Shown here: positions 41,473 to 50,601 of the stretch, piece by piece
Position numbering within the stretch: the first letter of the stretch is position 1
Layout of the letters: the number at the start of each line of letters is the position of its first letter
Assembly (NCBI GenBank): GCA_002392765.1
Contig: DGHT01000045.1
Location: 1,315 to 65,314, forward strand
Direction: 5' to 3'
Source: Verrucomicrobia bacterium UBA3841
Lineage (GTDB): Bacteria; Verrucomicrobiota; Kiritimatiellia; RFP12; UBA1067
Length of the DNA: 64,000 bases
Made by a program: the position numbers and the translations under genes
Notes under the pieces: generated by a model
The model's database searches: none
Told to the model about the DNA's origin: nothing
Seen by the model: only the letters and a program-made list of their open reading frames with translations

Positions 41473-42600
41473 CTATGCAAAGCGGAGGAATTGCGCGAAA
41501 AAAGGATCGGCAACGACGTACTTTCCTTCAGACTGCTCGATATGACCGTCTTCCATCAACTTGCCCTTGGCGGAATTTACAGTAGACGAGACTCCGAGCG
41601 CATGACGTCTTCGATATGCATCGCCAAACTCATCCGTCCGTTCGCGCGACAGTGCGATCAGCAGTTTCTTCTGCGAGACGGACAACGTGAGCATCAGCTG
41701 TTCGTACTGGTCGCGGTTGAACCCGGAAAGATTTGCGAACGCCGAGTCCACGTCATCCGGCGAAACCGACTTCCGGCGCGCGTCGTCGATCAACCGGAAT
41801 GTCTCGAATCCCAGCTGCTGGATGAAATATGGTATGTTCTCCACCTTCGCGACAAGCCGTTCGGCCGTCTCACACGCAATTGCCTTCCCAGCGCTCGCGA
41901 ACCTGTCGACCACGAAACGGACACTCTCATCCACCGGCGGCTTGTCGATGTGAATCGTGACAGCCGACTTGTAGAACGGACGGTTGTGGTCGGTGAACAT
42001 CCTCCGAAGCATGTGGTATCGGCTGCCGAGAAAGATATACGAGACGTTGCGGTGCGACTGTATGGCCGAGCGCATGACCCTCTCGAAGCCGTCGTTCGGC
42101 AACAGGTCCTTCACCTCCTGGAATTCGTCCAACACGACAACGGCCCGCTTCTTTCCTGAAAGCAGCTTCTGCGGGAGGTCCAGAACCTCCGTCAACGCCT
42201 CGGCTCCAATCTGCTCATCCGACGGCTCGAAGGAAAAACCCGCCTCGCCCGTCTGGTCAAGCGTCATCTTTGGCCTGAGGCTCTTTAGGAACGTCCCCAA
42301 CTTCCTCAATTCGAATTTGACGGGCGCAAGCCGCCGGTATACCTTCGTCGCGTACGCGGAGACGAACAGGTCGATCGACGGGACCTTCACCACGTCAAGC
42401 GTCACGCACGGGATTCCGGCCTTTTCGAGATCGCCTGTCAACTCGGCGACAAGCGAACTCTTGCCGTAGCGTCGCGGTCCGTACAGGACAACGTTCGACT
42501 GTCCGCTCAAGAACCTGGAAAGAAGGTCTTCGCGGATATCCCTCCTGTCGTAGAACTGGTCGCCCCTGGCGAACTGAAGATAGTTGAATGGATTTCCCAT
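41473..42600 (-). CDS. AAA+ ATPase (archaeal-ATPase/PF01637-like, with C-terminal winged-helix-like part)
   Basis: Start taken at MGNPFNYLQFARGDQFYDRRD. Walker A is GPRRYGKSSL and Walker B is VVLDEFQE. Confidence 0.75.
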   Translation of the reverse strand: MGNPFNYLQFARGDQFYDRRDIREDLLSRFLSGQSNVVLYGPRRYGKSSLVAELTGDLEKAGIPCVTLDVVKVPSIDLFVSAYATKVYRRLAPVKFELRKLGTFLKSLRPKMTLDQTGEAGFSFEPSDEQIGAEALTEVLDLPQKLLSGKKRAVVVLDEFQEVKDLLPNDGFERVMRSAIQSHRNVSYIFLGSRYHMLRRMFTDHNRPFYKSAVTIHIDKPPVDESVRFVVDRFASAGKAIACETAERLVAKVENIPYFIQQLGFETFRLIDDARRKSVSPDDVDSAFANLSGFNRDQYEQLMLTLSVSQKKLLIALSRERTDEFGDAYRRRHALGVSSTVNSAKGKLMEDGHIEQSEGKYVVADPFFAQFLRFA

Positions 42601-42865
42601 GCCGACAATTATACCATTTGCCAAACGGATTATCAAGTATCAACTTACGAAATTTTTCGTTACGAGAAACTTCGTAATGCGAGGCGGCTTCCGCCAATTT
42701 TACATTTTACACTTTACATTTTACACTATTCCCCGGCGGTTTTGTTGTCAGATTCGGGGAATGGCGCCGTATATGACGCCAGAATGGACAGCGGTTCGTC
42801 CTTTCGCGCACGAGCGACATCGAACTGCGGTTGCAGGAATCGGTTCTCCGCGCCATTCTGGACAT

Positions 42866-43180
42866 CCCCCGCCGGAACTTTCGTCCGTCGCGGACGGAAC
42901 GCCCGTCGCCAAGGGCGCGATCCCCGTAGGGGACGTGGTCGTCTATCAGATGCCTTTCCTCGCGGCGATGCAGCCCGTACAGGGCATCGTCTCGCTCCTC
43001 CCCGAAGCCGCAGCGCTACGCGAAGGGATCGACTCCATCCGCAAGAACGGCGAGCTATGGTTCCTTGAACTGAATCCGAACGGGCAGTGGGCGTGGTTAG
43101 ACGAAAAGAACGAACACGGACTCGTTTCGATGGTCGCGGATGCGATCAAGCGCGAAGATGCCGCGCATCGGGCGCGTCCA
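42866..43180 (+). pseudogene. deletion-fused remnant of a second ABC-exporter / ATP-grasp (graspetide-type) locus
   Basis: The reading ..PPPELSSVADGTPVAK|GAIPVGDVVVYQMPFLAAMQPVQGIVSLLPEAAALREGIDSI|RKNGELWFLELNPNGQWAWLDEKNEHGLVSMVADAIKREDAAHRAR joins three segments. They are homologous to 12070-12120, 12560-12690 and 14470-14610. Confidence 0.65.
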
Positions 43181-43772
43181 TTTCGGCAAGAACCTGCGCA
43201 ACCGCCTCGCGCAGCCTCGCGGTGAGGCGCTTGCGGATCTGGTAGAGATTGTCGCGGGATATGCCGTAGATACGCATGACGGTTTCGGTGTCCTGCCCCT
43301 CGACCGCGCTCGCGACAAACGCCGCATAGTGCTCGGGACGGGCCTCCGGCTTGATTCGGCGGAGCGCCTCTTCCATCGCCGCCTGCTGCCACTCGCGCTC
43401 GGAGAAGCCGTCATCGTCGGACGCAGCAGCCTTGGCTTCCTCCCAGAACGACGCCTTCAGCCCGGCGTCGCGTTTGCCGGACCTCAGTCTGTCGTTGACG
43501 CGCCAGTGGACCAGCCCCGTAAGATACGACCTGAATTTTCCTTTGGCGCGATCGTATTTGAACGCCGGCAGGTTGCGCGCAAGATCAGTGAAAACGACTT
43601 GCACGATGTCGTCGGCGTCCTCTTCTTTGAGTCCCTTCGAGCGCGCAATGGAGAACACGAACCCTGCGTAGAGGTCGAAGAACTTCTGCCACGCCGCCTC
43701 GTTTCCCGTGTCCGCGACAGCCCTGATGACGCTGGAGCGCGTCGTTTCGTTGTTGAAGTGTCTGTATGTCAT
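43146..43772 (-). CDS. ECF-type sigma-70 family sigma factor
   Basis: The start MTYRHFNNETT overlaps the kinase stop (ATGA). Region 2 is FFDLYAGFVFSIARSKGLKEEDADDIVQVVF. Region 4 is the HTH ETVMRIYGISRDNLYQIRKRL. Confidence 0.8.
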   Translation of the reverse strand: MTYRHFNNETTRSSVIRAVADTGNEAAWQKFFDLYAGFVFSIARSKGLKEEDADDIVQVVFTDLARNLPAFKYDRAKGKFRSYLTGLVHWRVNDRLRSGKRDAGLKASFWEEAKAAASDDDGFSEREWQQAAMEEALRRIKPEARPEHYAAFVASAVEGQDTETVMRIYGISRDNLYQIRKRLTARLREAVAQVLAEMDAPDARHLRA

Positions 43773-45271
43773 CTTAACAACCAGGGTTCGAATCCACAAT
43801 CGTGGTGTATGCGCCAAACTATATGGAAGAATGCCTCGACCTGAGGATATATTTCTACGAACAGCGAATTGCGCTTTTTGAATATTTTCTGCGCTTGTCC
43901 GAATTCCTCCTTGTCGTCTAATCCGGACAAGACCTTTTCTTTTCCCTTGGAATGCAACAGGATTATCTCCTTCTTCAGCGAGGCGTCTTTGGCGTCAAGT
44001 CCGGCTATCTTTTCCGCAAGATTGTCGTAACTCCGTTGCAACTGTTCCGCCTTTGCTTTGTCGACAGTGCCGATTTCTTCGATATCTCTCTCGATAATAT
44101 CTATGAACGACTCGATCGCGCCTCTATTCTCCGCTTTTATTTCAAGACCTCCCCAGTTGGAGTATCGCCCGTGGGACTTGATCTGCAAGACTTCATCTTC
44201 GATTCTGTCCTCCGGGAGTATGCCTTTCAATGTTTCCCGGATTGATTCTTCCGCCATTGCATCAAACGCGGATACGGTTTTTTTCGCCTCTGCGATCTCA
44301 GCGGATTGCTTCACAATGCCGTTTTTCGCTTGAACAGCATTTTCATTGGCTTGATTGGCGGCGTTTTTGATTTGTTTTATAGCGATTATCGAAGCCGCCG
44401 CAACAGCAGCGATGCACAACGCCGCCAGCGCATATACGGTTTTTGCAGTCCGGGACTTCGCAAAAGAAGCAATCGCAATCTTTCTGCGGAGAGCCAGCAA
44501 ATCCTTCAGCAAAGCCTTTGCCGATTGGTAGCGGCGAGCAGGCGTAGGATCGGTTGCCTTGTTGAGGATGCGCCACCACGCGGGGAAGAGCGGCGCGCCC
44601 GTATCGGCTTCCAGCGCGGGGCCTTTGTCGAGGTCTTCCAATTTCCTTCCGAAGCTCGCCGCCTTGAGCGTGAGGCCGAGACTGTAGATGTCGCTGGCGG
44701 CATCAGTGAACTTCTCCGGCGGAACATATCCGGGCGTACCGACGGTGGAGACTGCGACGGATTCTTCAACGAGAAGCCCGGGGTCGGAAAGAACGGGACG
44801 TCCTTTGACGTACAGAACGTTAGCGGGCTTGATGTCGCGATGGAGCAGATGGTGGCGCTGGAGGACGGCAAGCCCCTTCGCCAGCGACAGGGCGAGGCCG
44901 ATGCACTCCTTGACCGGCAAAGCCTTCTCGCTCTCGATCACGCGGGCGAGCGTCTTCGGGCGATAGCCGGACTCTGCTTCCCGCGAACCGCCGAATTCAT
45001 CGTCCGCAAGATCCATCACGGCATAGAAGCATCCGTCCGCCTCGCGGAGGCCCCTCATGCGCACAAGCCCCTCATGCGGAGGAATCGAACGGTAGAGCTT
45101 CGCTCCGCGCAGCTCGCGTTCGTAACGCTCGTCGCCGACATCTTCACGACGGCAGACCTTAACCGCCGCGCGTCCACCGTCCGGACCGGCAGCCATGTAG
45201 ACCGCGCCGTACGCGCCGCGGCCGATCTCCCGCGACAGTTTCCACTCTCCGCATGTTTGCATCATCGACAA
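43769..45271 (-). CDS. Hanks-type Ser/Thr protein kinase with TM segment and coiled-coil C-terminal domain
   Basis: Motifs are GRGAYGAVY, AVKV, HRDIKPANVL, SDPG and GTPGYVPPE. A hydrophobic helix follows (VYALAALCIAAVAAASIIAI). Confidence 0.85.
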   Translation of the reverse strand: MSMMQTCGEWKLSREIGRGAYGAVYMAAGPDGGRAAVKVCRREDVGDERYERELRGAKLYRSIPPHEGLVRMRGLREADGCFYAVMDLADDEFGGSREAESGYRPKTLARVIESEKALPVKECIGLALSLAKGLAVLQRHHLLHRDIKPANVLYVKGRPVLSDPGLLVEESVAVSTVGTPGYVPPEKFTDAASDIYSLGLTLKAASFGRKLEDLDKGPALEADTGAPLFPAWWRILNKATDPTPARRYQSAKALLKDLLALRRKIAIASFAKSRTAKTVYALAALCIAAVAAASIIAIKQIKNAANQANENAVQAKNGIVKQSAEIAEAKKTVSAFDAMAEESIRETLKGILPEDRIEDEVLQIKSHGRYSNWGGLEIKAENRGAIESFIDIIERDIEEIGTVDKAKAEQLQRSYDNLAEKIAGLDAKDASLKKEIILLHSKGKEKVLSGLDDKEEFGQAQKIFKKRNSLFVEIYPQVEAFFHIVWRIHHDCGFEPWLLR

Positions 45272-45359
45272 TTCCTTTCATTTGAGCCGCCGGGACGGAC
45301 GGCTTTCCCAGTCAGTGACGGAGCTGGAAGCACCATCTCCTTGGCGGCGGTTTCGACAT

Positions 45360-47471
45360 TCAAGCGCGCGGACAGAACAGCGCGAGCTGGCCTTCGGCCT
45401 GCGCCTTGAGCATGGAGTATCCGTTTTCCGTCCTGCATCCCGCCGCCGACGCGCGTTCCATGAGCGGCGTGACGGGCGGTTCGTAGCGCAGATCGTAAAC
45501 GAGCTGGTCCGGCGAAAAAACGTAACCGGGAACCGGATCGACCGGCGTCGCGTTCACGATCAGATCCGGCCGCGTCAGAAGCGGACGGCGATGTACGACC
45601 TCCACCTCCGCGCCAAGCCTTTCCAAGGCGCATTTGACGGCCTTCGCCGCGCCTCCGTTTCCGAGAAGCGCGGTTTTCACGCCTTTCAGGTCCGGCCTGC
45701 CAATGAAATCGAGAATCGCTTTCGCGAATCCAGGTTCGTCCGTGTTGTACCCGCGTTTCGCGCCGTCCGAAAAGACGACAGTGTTGACTGCGCCTATCTT
45801 TTCCGCCGCGGCGTCCACCGAATCGAGATGCTTCATGACGGCTTCTTTGTGCGGGATCGTCACGGCCATTCCCTTGACGGCGCACCTCTCCGCGAACCGG
45901 AGAGCCTCTTCGATCGTGCGCGCCGGGAAAGAAACCATCTCCGCCGCCCTTCCGGCTTTCGCGTGGGCGGCATTGTGCAAGGCCGGGCTCCCGGTCTTCG
46001 CGAGCGGCCAGCCGGTGACGGCGTAAAGATCCATCTTGAAAACATCCCAAAATCCCGGATACGACTTGTTCACGCACGAGGCGCCGTGAATCAGGACGGG
46101 GCCGTCCGCAACAGTCGAAAGGACTGCCGCGGCCATCGCAATCCTGTGGTCGTTTCGCGGATCGACGTCGCTCGGATCGCGGAACACGGCCTCCATCGCT
46201 TCAATGCGGTCAGATTCCTTGATGCGCAGCCTTTCCGTTCCGGTAAAACGCGAGGGGGATCTCAGAGCGTGCGCAACGACGGAAAGCGCGGGATAGTTGT
46301 CGGGACATTCCGACACGTCCACCGTCTCCCCCATTTTTATGCGTTCGATCAAATCGCAGACGACCCTGTCCGGCTGCGCCGATCCTCTGTCGAGTCCGGC
46401 CACCTCCAGTTCGCTTCCGAGAGCGTTCGCCGCGAACCAGAACGCCGCGCCGCTCCAGTCGGCCTCAGCTTCGATCCGCCCGGCAGCGGCGTACTTCTGG
46501 CGTCCGGGCACCCTGAAGCCGCTCTCCGTCTCCTCGACCGAAACCCCGAACCGCGAAAGGACGCGGAGCGTCATGTCGACATATCCGCGCGACTGCAAGG
46601 GGACTGTCAGCACGATTTCCGAATCCCCGTCCAGAATCGGCAGCGCGAAAAGAAGCCCCGTCACGAACTGGGACGAAACGTTCCCCGGAAGTTCGAATCT
46701 CCCGGGCGAAATCGAATCGTACTCGATCGACGGGCGGCTCGCAAGACGCCCTCTTTTCACGAATTGCGCTTTGATTCCCAAAGCGGCGGCGACCGGCGAA
46801 AAGAATCTGAGAGTCGAACCGCTTTCGCCGCAATCCAGCACGGCGGACGCGGATCCGGCGGCGCGGGCGCGCGCCAGCGCCTCGATGCAGCGCCGCGTCG
46901 CGGCGATATCCTCGCTCTCCTTTACGCCGGCCGGAGCGGGATCTACATCTGCCCCGGAAAGGAACTGCGCGATCAGAATCCTGTGCAAATGCGATTTCGA
47001 GACAGGAGGCACGACCCTGCCGCGCAAAGGGCGCGGCAGAAGGATTTTGTCGTCCGGACCGAAATGATGCGCGAACGACGCGTAATGCGCCCGGCGCTCG
47101 GCAAGCATGTCGCCGAGCGGACGCGTCCCCGACGCGGCTTCGATTCTTCTTGCGATTTCTTCCGGATCCGCGTCGAGGACGACGACGAACCCCTTCTCCT
47201 CCGCGTACTCCCTGTTGCGCGGATCGAGAAGCGTTCCGCCGCCAAGGGCGATTATCGGCGCGTCGATCTCTCTCAAGGTCTCGCTTTCGATGCGGCGGAA
47301 CTCAGCCTCCCCGTCCTTCGAGAAAATGTCGGGGATCGTCCGCCCCGTGCGCCGCACGATTTCCTCGTCGAGATCGAGATACATCCTGCCGCACTCGCGC
47401 GCCAGCCGTTTGGCCAGAGTCGTCTTTCCGCTCGCGGGCGGTCCGTACAGATAAAGCGTTTTCGGTTTCAT
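45360..47471 (-). CDS. trifunctional fusion: shikimate kinase, EPSP synthase and shikimate dehydrogenase (AroK-AroA-AroE)
   Basis: AroK is marked by YLYGPPASGKTTLAKRLA. AroA is marked by PPVSKSHLHRILIAQFL, CGESGSTLRF, LPGNVSSQFVTGLLFALP, RLRIKESDRIEAM, DHRIAMAAAVL and VNKSYPGFWDVF. AroE is marked by VTIPHKEAV, IGAVNTVV, GYNTDEPG and LLGNGGAAKA. Confidence 0.8.
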   Translation of the reverse strand: MKPKTLYLYGPPASGKTTLAKRLARECGRMYLDLDEEIVRRTGRTIPDIFSKDGEAEFRRIESETLREIDAPIIALGGGTLLDPRNREYAEEKGFVVVLDADPEEIARRIEAASGTRPLGDMLAERRAHYASFAHHFGPDDKILLPRPLRGRVVPPVSKSHLHRILIAQFLSGADVDPAPAGVKESEDIAATRRCIEALARARAAGSASAVLDCGESGSTLRFFSPVAAALGIKAQFVKRGRLASRPSIEYDSISPGRFELPGNVSSQFVTGLLFALPILDGDSEIVLTVPLQSRGYVDMTLRVLSRFGVSVEETESGFRVPGRQKYAAAGRIEAEADWSGAAFWFAANALGSELEVAGLDRGSAQPDRVVCDLIERIKMGETVDVSECPDNYPALSVVAHALRSPSRFTGTERLRIKESDRIEAMEAVFRDPSDVDPRNDHRIAMAAAVLSTVADGPVLIHGASCVNKSYPGFWDVFKMDLYAVTGWPLAKTGSPALHNAAHAKAGRAAEMVSFPARTIEEALRFAERCAVKGMAVTIPHKEAVMKHLDSVDAAAEKIGAVNTVVFSDGAKRGYNTDEPGFAKAILDFIGRPDLKGVKTALLGNGGAAKAVKCALERLGAEVEVVHRRPLLTRPDLIVNATPVDPVPGYVFSPDQLVYDLRYEPPVTPLMERASAAGCRTENGYSMLKAQAEGQLALFCPRA

Positions 47472-49768
47472 AAACCTCCCTTCGCACTTCCGCGCGACGG
47501 CACCTTCGCGACCTCGCGCATGATTTCCTCATTGCGACGGAGCGGGACGCTCCATCCCCTTGATGTCACCGCCGCGACGGCGCGGATGATTCTCGCTGCG
47601 CACTTTCGAAGATCCTCGCGGCGCACTTTGCCGCGCACGACCGCCTCGTACAAGTCGTCTATTTCGTCCGGCACGCCGGGCATGACAAGATCGTTCCCCG
47701 CCTGCGGATGCTCCAGCTTGTCCGAGACGCACCACCAGTCCGTCATGACGATGCCGCCGAACCCCCATTCGCCGCGCAAAATGCCGTCTACGAGACGCCT
47801 GTCCGCAGCGGGCCATTTTTCCCCTACGCGGTTGTAGGACGTCATTACCGCGAACGGCGACGACTTCGCGACCGCTATTTCAAACGGTCTCAGATATATT
47901 TCCCTGAGCGTACGCTCGTCGACCGCGGATACGGTCTCGCGTCTGTGCGATTCCTGATTGTTGCAGCAGAAATGCTTCACTACGGCGTACCGTCCCGACG
48001 GCGATCCGTCATCGCGCGTCTGCACGCCGCGCACGACGGCCGCGGCCATTTCCCCGGCGAGCAGAGGATCTTCCGAAAAATATTCGAACAACCTTCCGCA
48101 AAGCGGATTCCTGTGGATGTTCACGCCCGGCGCCAGTATGACGTCCACGCCCGCCTTCTCCATGTCGCGCGAGAGCATCCTGCCGAATTTCACGGCGGCG
48201 GAAAGGTCCCAGGTCTGCGCTATCGCGGTTTCGCTCGGCCACTGGAACATCTCCATCGCCGCGGCGGACGGCCTGTCCGAACCGAATGGCGCAAGCCTCA
48301 CTCCGGCTGGTCCGTCCGCCAGCACGACGGGCGCGCACCCGAAACGCGGCGGAAGGCGTATTTCCGCCGCCTCGCCTTCGACGGCGCCGCCGGACGCGCC
48401 TCCCGCCCACGCCCTGTCGCCCGCCGGAAAGCCGTTGACGATCTGCGCAAGTTCGCGGTCGTCAAGCGACGCCTCGGGATCCTGAATGCGCGCGCCACCG
48501 GCGGTTTGCTCTGCAAACGGGCGGGCCGCCCGTTCTACGGCGCCGGGGGCGCGATAGGCGGTTGCATCGATCTCCTCCGTTTCGAAACGGAACGCCTCGC
48601 GGAGCGACGCGGCGGTATCGCCGATAGAGACCGTCCATGCGTCAGCCGGCACTTTCCACGCGCCGCACCCCGCGTCGTACGATGCAAAACCCCTCAAATC
48701 GAAGGAAAGATCGACATTCACGCAGGCACCGGGGGCGATCTCGCGCGTCTTGGCAAACGCGCAAAGGACGGCGGCAGGCTCCGTCTGCGGACACCTTCCG
48801 CTTCGGGACAGATACGCCTGCACGACATGGCGTCCGGCGCGGCGTCCGGTGTTTTCCACATCGGCCGAAACGCGCACGACGGTTCCGTCCAGCGAACCGC
48901 CGCGAGGAGCGACCGAAAAACCAGTGTACGAAAGTCCGTGTCCGAAAGGATAGCGGACCTTGTCCGGCCGGTCGCAAAAATACCTGTAGCCGACAAGCAG
49001 GCCCTCGCTGTACGGAACTTCGAACGAACCGAAATATCTGCGCGCCGGACAATCGCGGTACGCCGCCCACGTATCGACAGTCCTGCCCGACGGATTCACC
49101 GTCCCCGAAAGGACGCGCGCGATCGAAACGCCGGACGCTTCCCCGAGAAGCGGCGCGTAGAGAAGCGCTCCGACGCGATGTCTGTCCATAAACGAAACAT
49201 CCATCGCGCCGCAGGCGTTCAAGACGACCGCGACCTTTTCGAACCTCCTGCAGGCGAGGCGCACGAGACGCTCCTCTTCCCTGTGAAGACGGAACGATCC
49301 TCCGCGATCCTTGCGGTCGGCGGATTCGCCGGACATCCTGCCGACGACGACAACGGCGGTTGCATCCCGCGAAACCTCCGCTGCGAGCGCATCGAAAACG
49401 GCGTCGGGCATTGAAGGCTCCGGAATGCGTTCTGTCCACTTCCACCAATCGCAATTCAGCCGCGCGAACTTGCGCCGCACCGCAAGAAGGTTCCCGGAAT
49501 AGAAACCGTCGAAAGAACGTGCGATCGCAACGCCCTCCGCCTTCAACCCTTCGACGCAGGAAACCGGCCGCGAAAAAGGTTTGTCTCCGCTGCCCCATCC
49601 CATTCTGACGCCGAAATAGGCCGAAATCCCCAGAAGAACAACCCCGGAGCCCGGCGTCAAAGGAAGAATCCCGCCGCGATTGTCCAGCAGGACGATTCCG
49701 TCCGCGCCGAGAGATGCCGCGAAATCCATTCTGCCGTCGGCGGGCTTTGAAGTGTCGGGGCGGATCAT
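47468..49768 (-). CDS. GH3 beta-glucosidase-family enzyme with permuted domain order
   Basis: The start MIRPDTSKP overlaps the upstream stop (ATGA). The GH3 C-terminal-type sandwich and FN3-like parts come first (YPFGHGLSYTGF, VVQAYLS). The (alpha/beta)8 domain comes last (GIVMTDWW, KHFCCNNQE). Confidence 0.75.
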   Translation of the reverse strand: MIRPDTSKPADGRMDFAASLGADGIVLLDNRGGILPLTPGSGVVLLGISAYFGVRMGWGSGDKPFSRPVSCVEGLKAEGVAIARSFDGFYSGNLLAVRRKFARLNCDWWKWTERIPEPSMPDAVFDALAAEVSRDATAVVVVGRMSGESADRKDRGGSFRLHREEERLVRLACRRFEKVAVVLNACGAMDVSFMDRHRVGALLYAPLLGEASGVSIARVLSGTVNPSGRTVDTWAAYRDCPARRYFGSFEVPYSEGLLVGYRYFCDRPDKVRYPFGHGLSYTGFSVAPRGGSLDGTVVRVSADVENTGRRAGRHVVQAYLSRSGRCPQTEPAAVLCAFAKTREIAPGACVNVDLSFDLRGFASYDAGCGAWKVPADAWTVSIGDTAASLREAFRFETEEIDATAYRAPGAVERAARPFAEQTAGGARIQDPEASLDDRELAQIVNGFPAGDRAWAGGASGGAVEGEAAEIRLPPRFGCAPVVLADGPAGVRLAPFGSDRPSAAAMEMFQWPSETAIAQTWDLSAAVKFGRMLSRDMEKAGVDVILAPGVNIHRNPLCGRLFEYFSEDPLLAGEMAAAVVRGVQTRDDGSPSGRYAVVKHFCCNNQESHRRETVSAVDERTLREIYLRPFEIAVAKSSPFAVMTSYNRVGEKWPAADRRLVDGILRGEWGFGGIVMTDWWCVSDKLEHPQAGNDLVMPGVPDEIDDLYEAVVRGKVRREDLRKCAARIIRAVAAVTSRGWSVPLRRNEEIMREVAKVPSRGSAKGGL

Positions 49769-50601
49769 GGTCCGAATCCGAGAAATCCCAGATACCAGGA
49801 CGCCAGCTCCGGCCCGCGGAACATCCAGACAAGCGACCCCAGACAGATATAAGGCCCGAAAGGTATTTCCGCGAACGAGCCGAATTTCGTCTTGGACAGC
49901 GCGATCGCCGAAAGGCCGACCGCAGATCCCGCTATGGAAGAGATTATGATCACCGCGACGGTCGCAACCGGTCCCTGCAGCGCGCCCACGGCGCCGAGAA
50001 GAAGAACGTCGCCCATCCCCATCGCCTCCCGGCGGAAGGCGAGAGTGCCGAGAAACCTCACGAGCCAGAGCGAGCCGAAACCGGCGGCGGCGCCCAAGAG
50101 CGAAGTCAGAGGCTTGATGAAAAACGCACTCCCGTCCGGCGGCGGAAGAGACACGCCGCAAAACGCTCCGGCGGCCCAAAAAGAAACGGAAACGGCGATG
50201 CCGTACACCATGCCGCCGACAGTAACGAAATCGGGCAGCAGCTTGTGGTCGAAATCTATGAACGAGCCGGTTATCATGAGCGAAATCCAAACCCATGCGA
50301 GCGGTGCGAAAATTCCGTAGCGCCAGAACGCGGCGGCGAAAAGCGCGCCGCCGAGAATCTCCACGAAAAGATATCGCGGAGAAATCGGTTCGCCGCAGTT
50401 CGCGCACCTGCCCCTGAGCGCCAGCCACGAAAGGATGGGGACGTTCTGCCACCAGCGGATCGTCGCGCCGCACTTAGGACAGTGCGAGCGCGGCGAAATG
50501 ATCGACTCGCCGCGCGGCACGCGCCAGACCACCACGTTCAGGAACGAGGCGATCGTCGCGCCGAACGCAAAGGATATAACGTAGAAGGGCGCGTACATCA
50601 T
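49765..50601 (-). CDS. prepilin (type IV leader) peptidase, A24 family
   Basis: SFLNVVVWRVPRGESIISPRSHCPKCGATIRWWQNVPILSW, followed by a multi-TM body with GMGDVLLLGAVG. Confidence 0.8.
   Translation of the reverse strand: MMYAPFYVISFAFGATIASFLNVVVWRVPRGESIISPRSHCPKCGATIRWWQNVPILSWLALRGRCANCGEPISPRYLFVEILGGALFAAAFWRYGIFAPLAWVWISLMITGSFIDFDHKLLPDFVTVGGMVYGIAVSVSFWAAGAFCGVSLPPPDGSAFFIKPLTSLLGAAAGFGSLWLVRFLGTLAFRREAMGMGDVLLLGAVGALQGPVATVAVIIISSIAGSAVGLSAIALSKTKFGSFAEIPFGPYICLGSLVWMFRGPELASWYLGFLGFGP

Noticed and set aside
49769-50473. N-terminal 235 aa of the 1001-aa track ORF 47468..50473. Similar N-terminal extensions occur on 55704..58601, 61379..62500, 61918..63045, 9244..10659, 8765..9940 and 10753..11508.
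   Set aside because: The extensions overlap the upstream, independently supported genes in another frame and are Arg-rich low complexity. Internal starts with SD sequences or ATGA coupling give proteins of normal family length.
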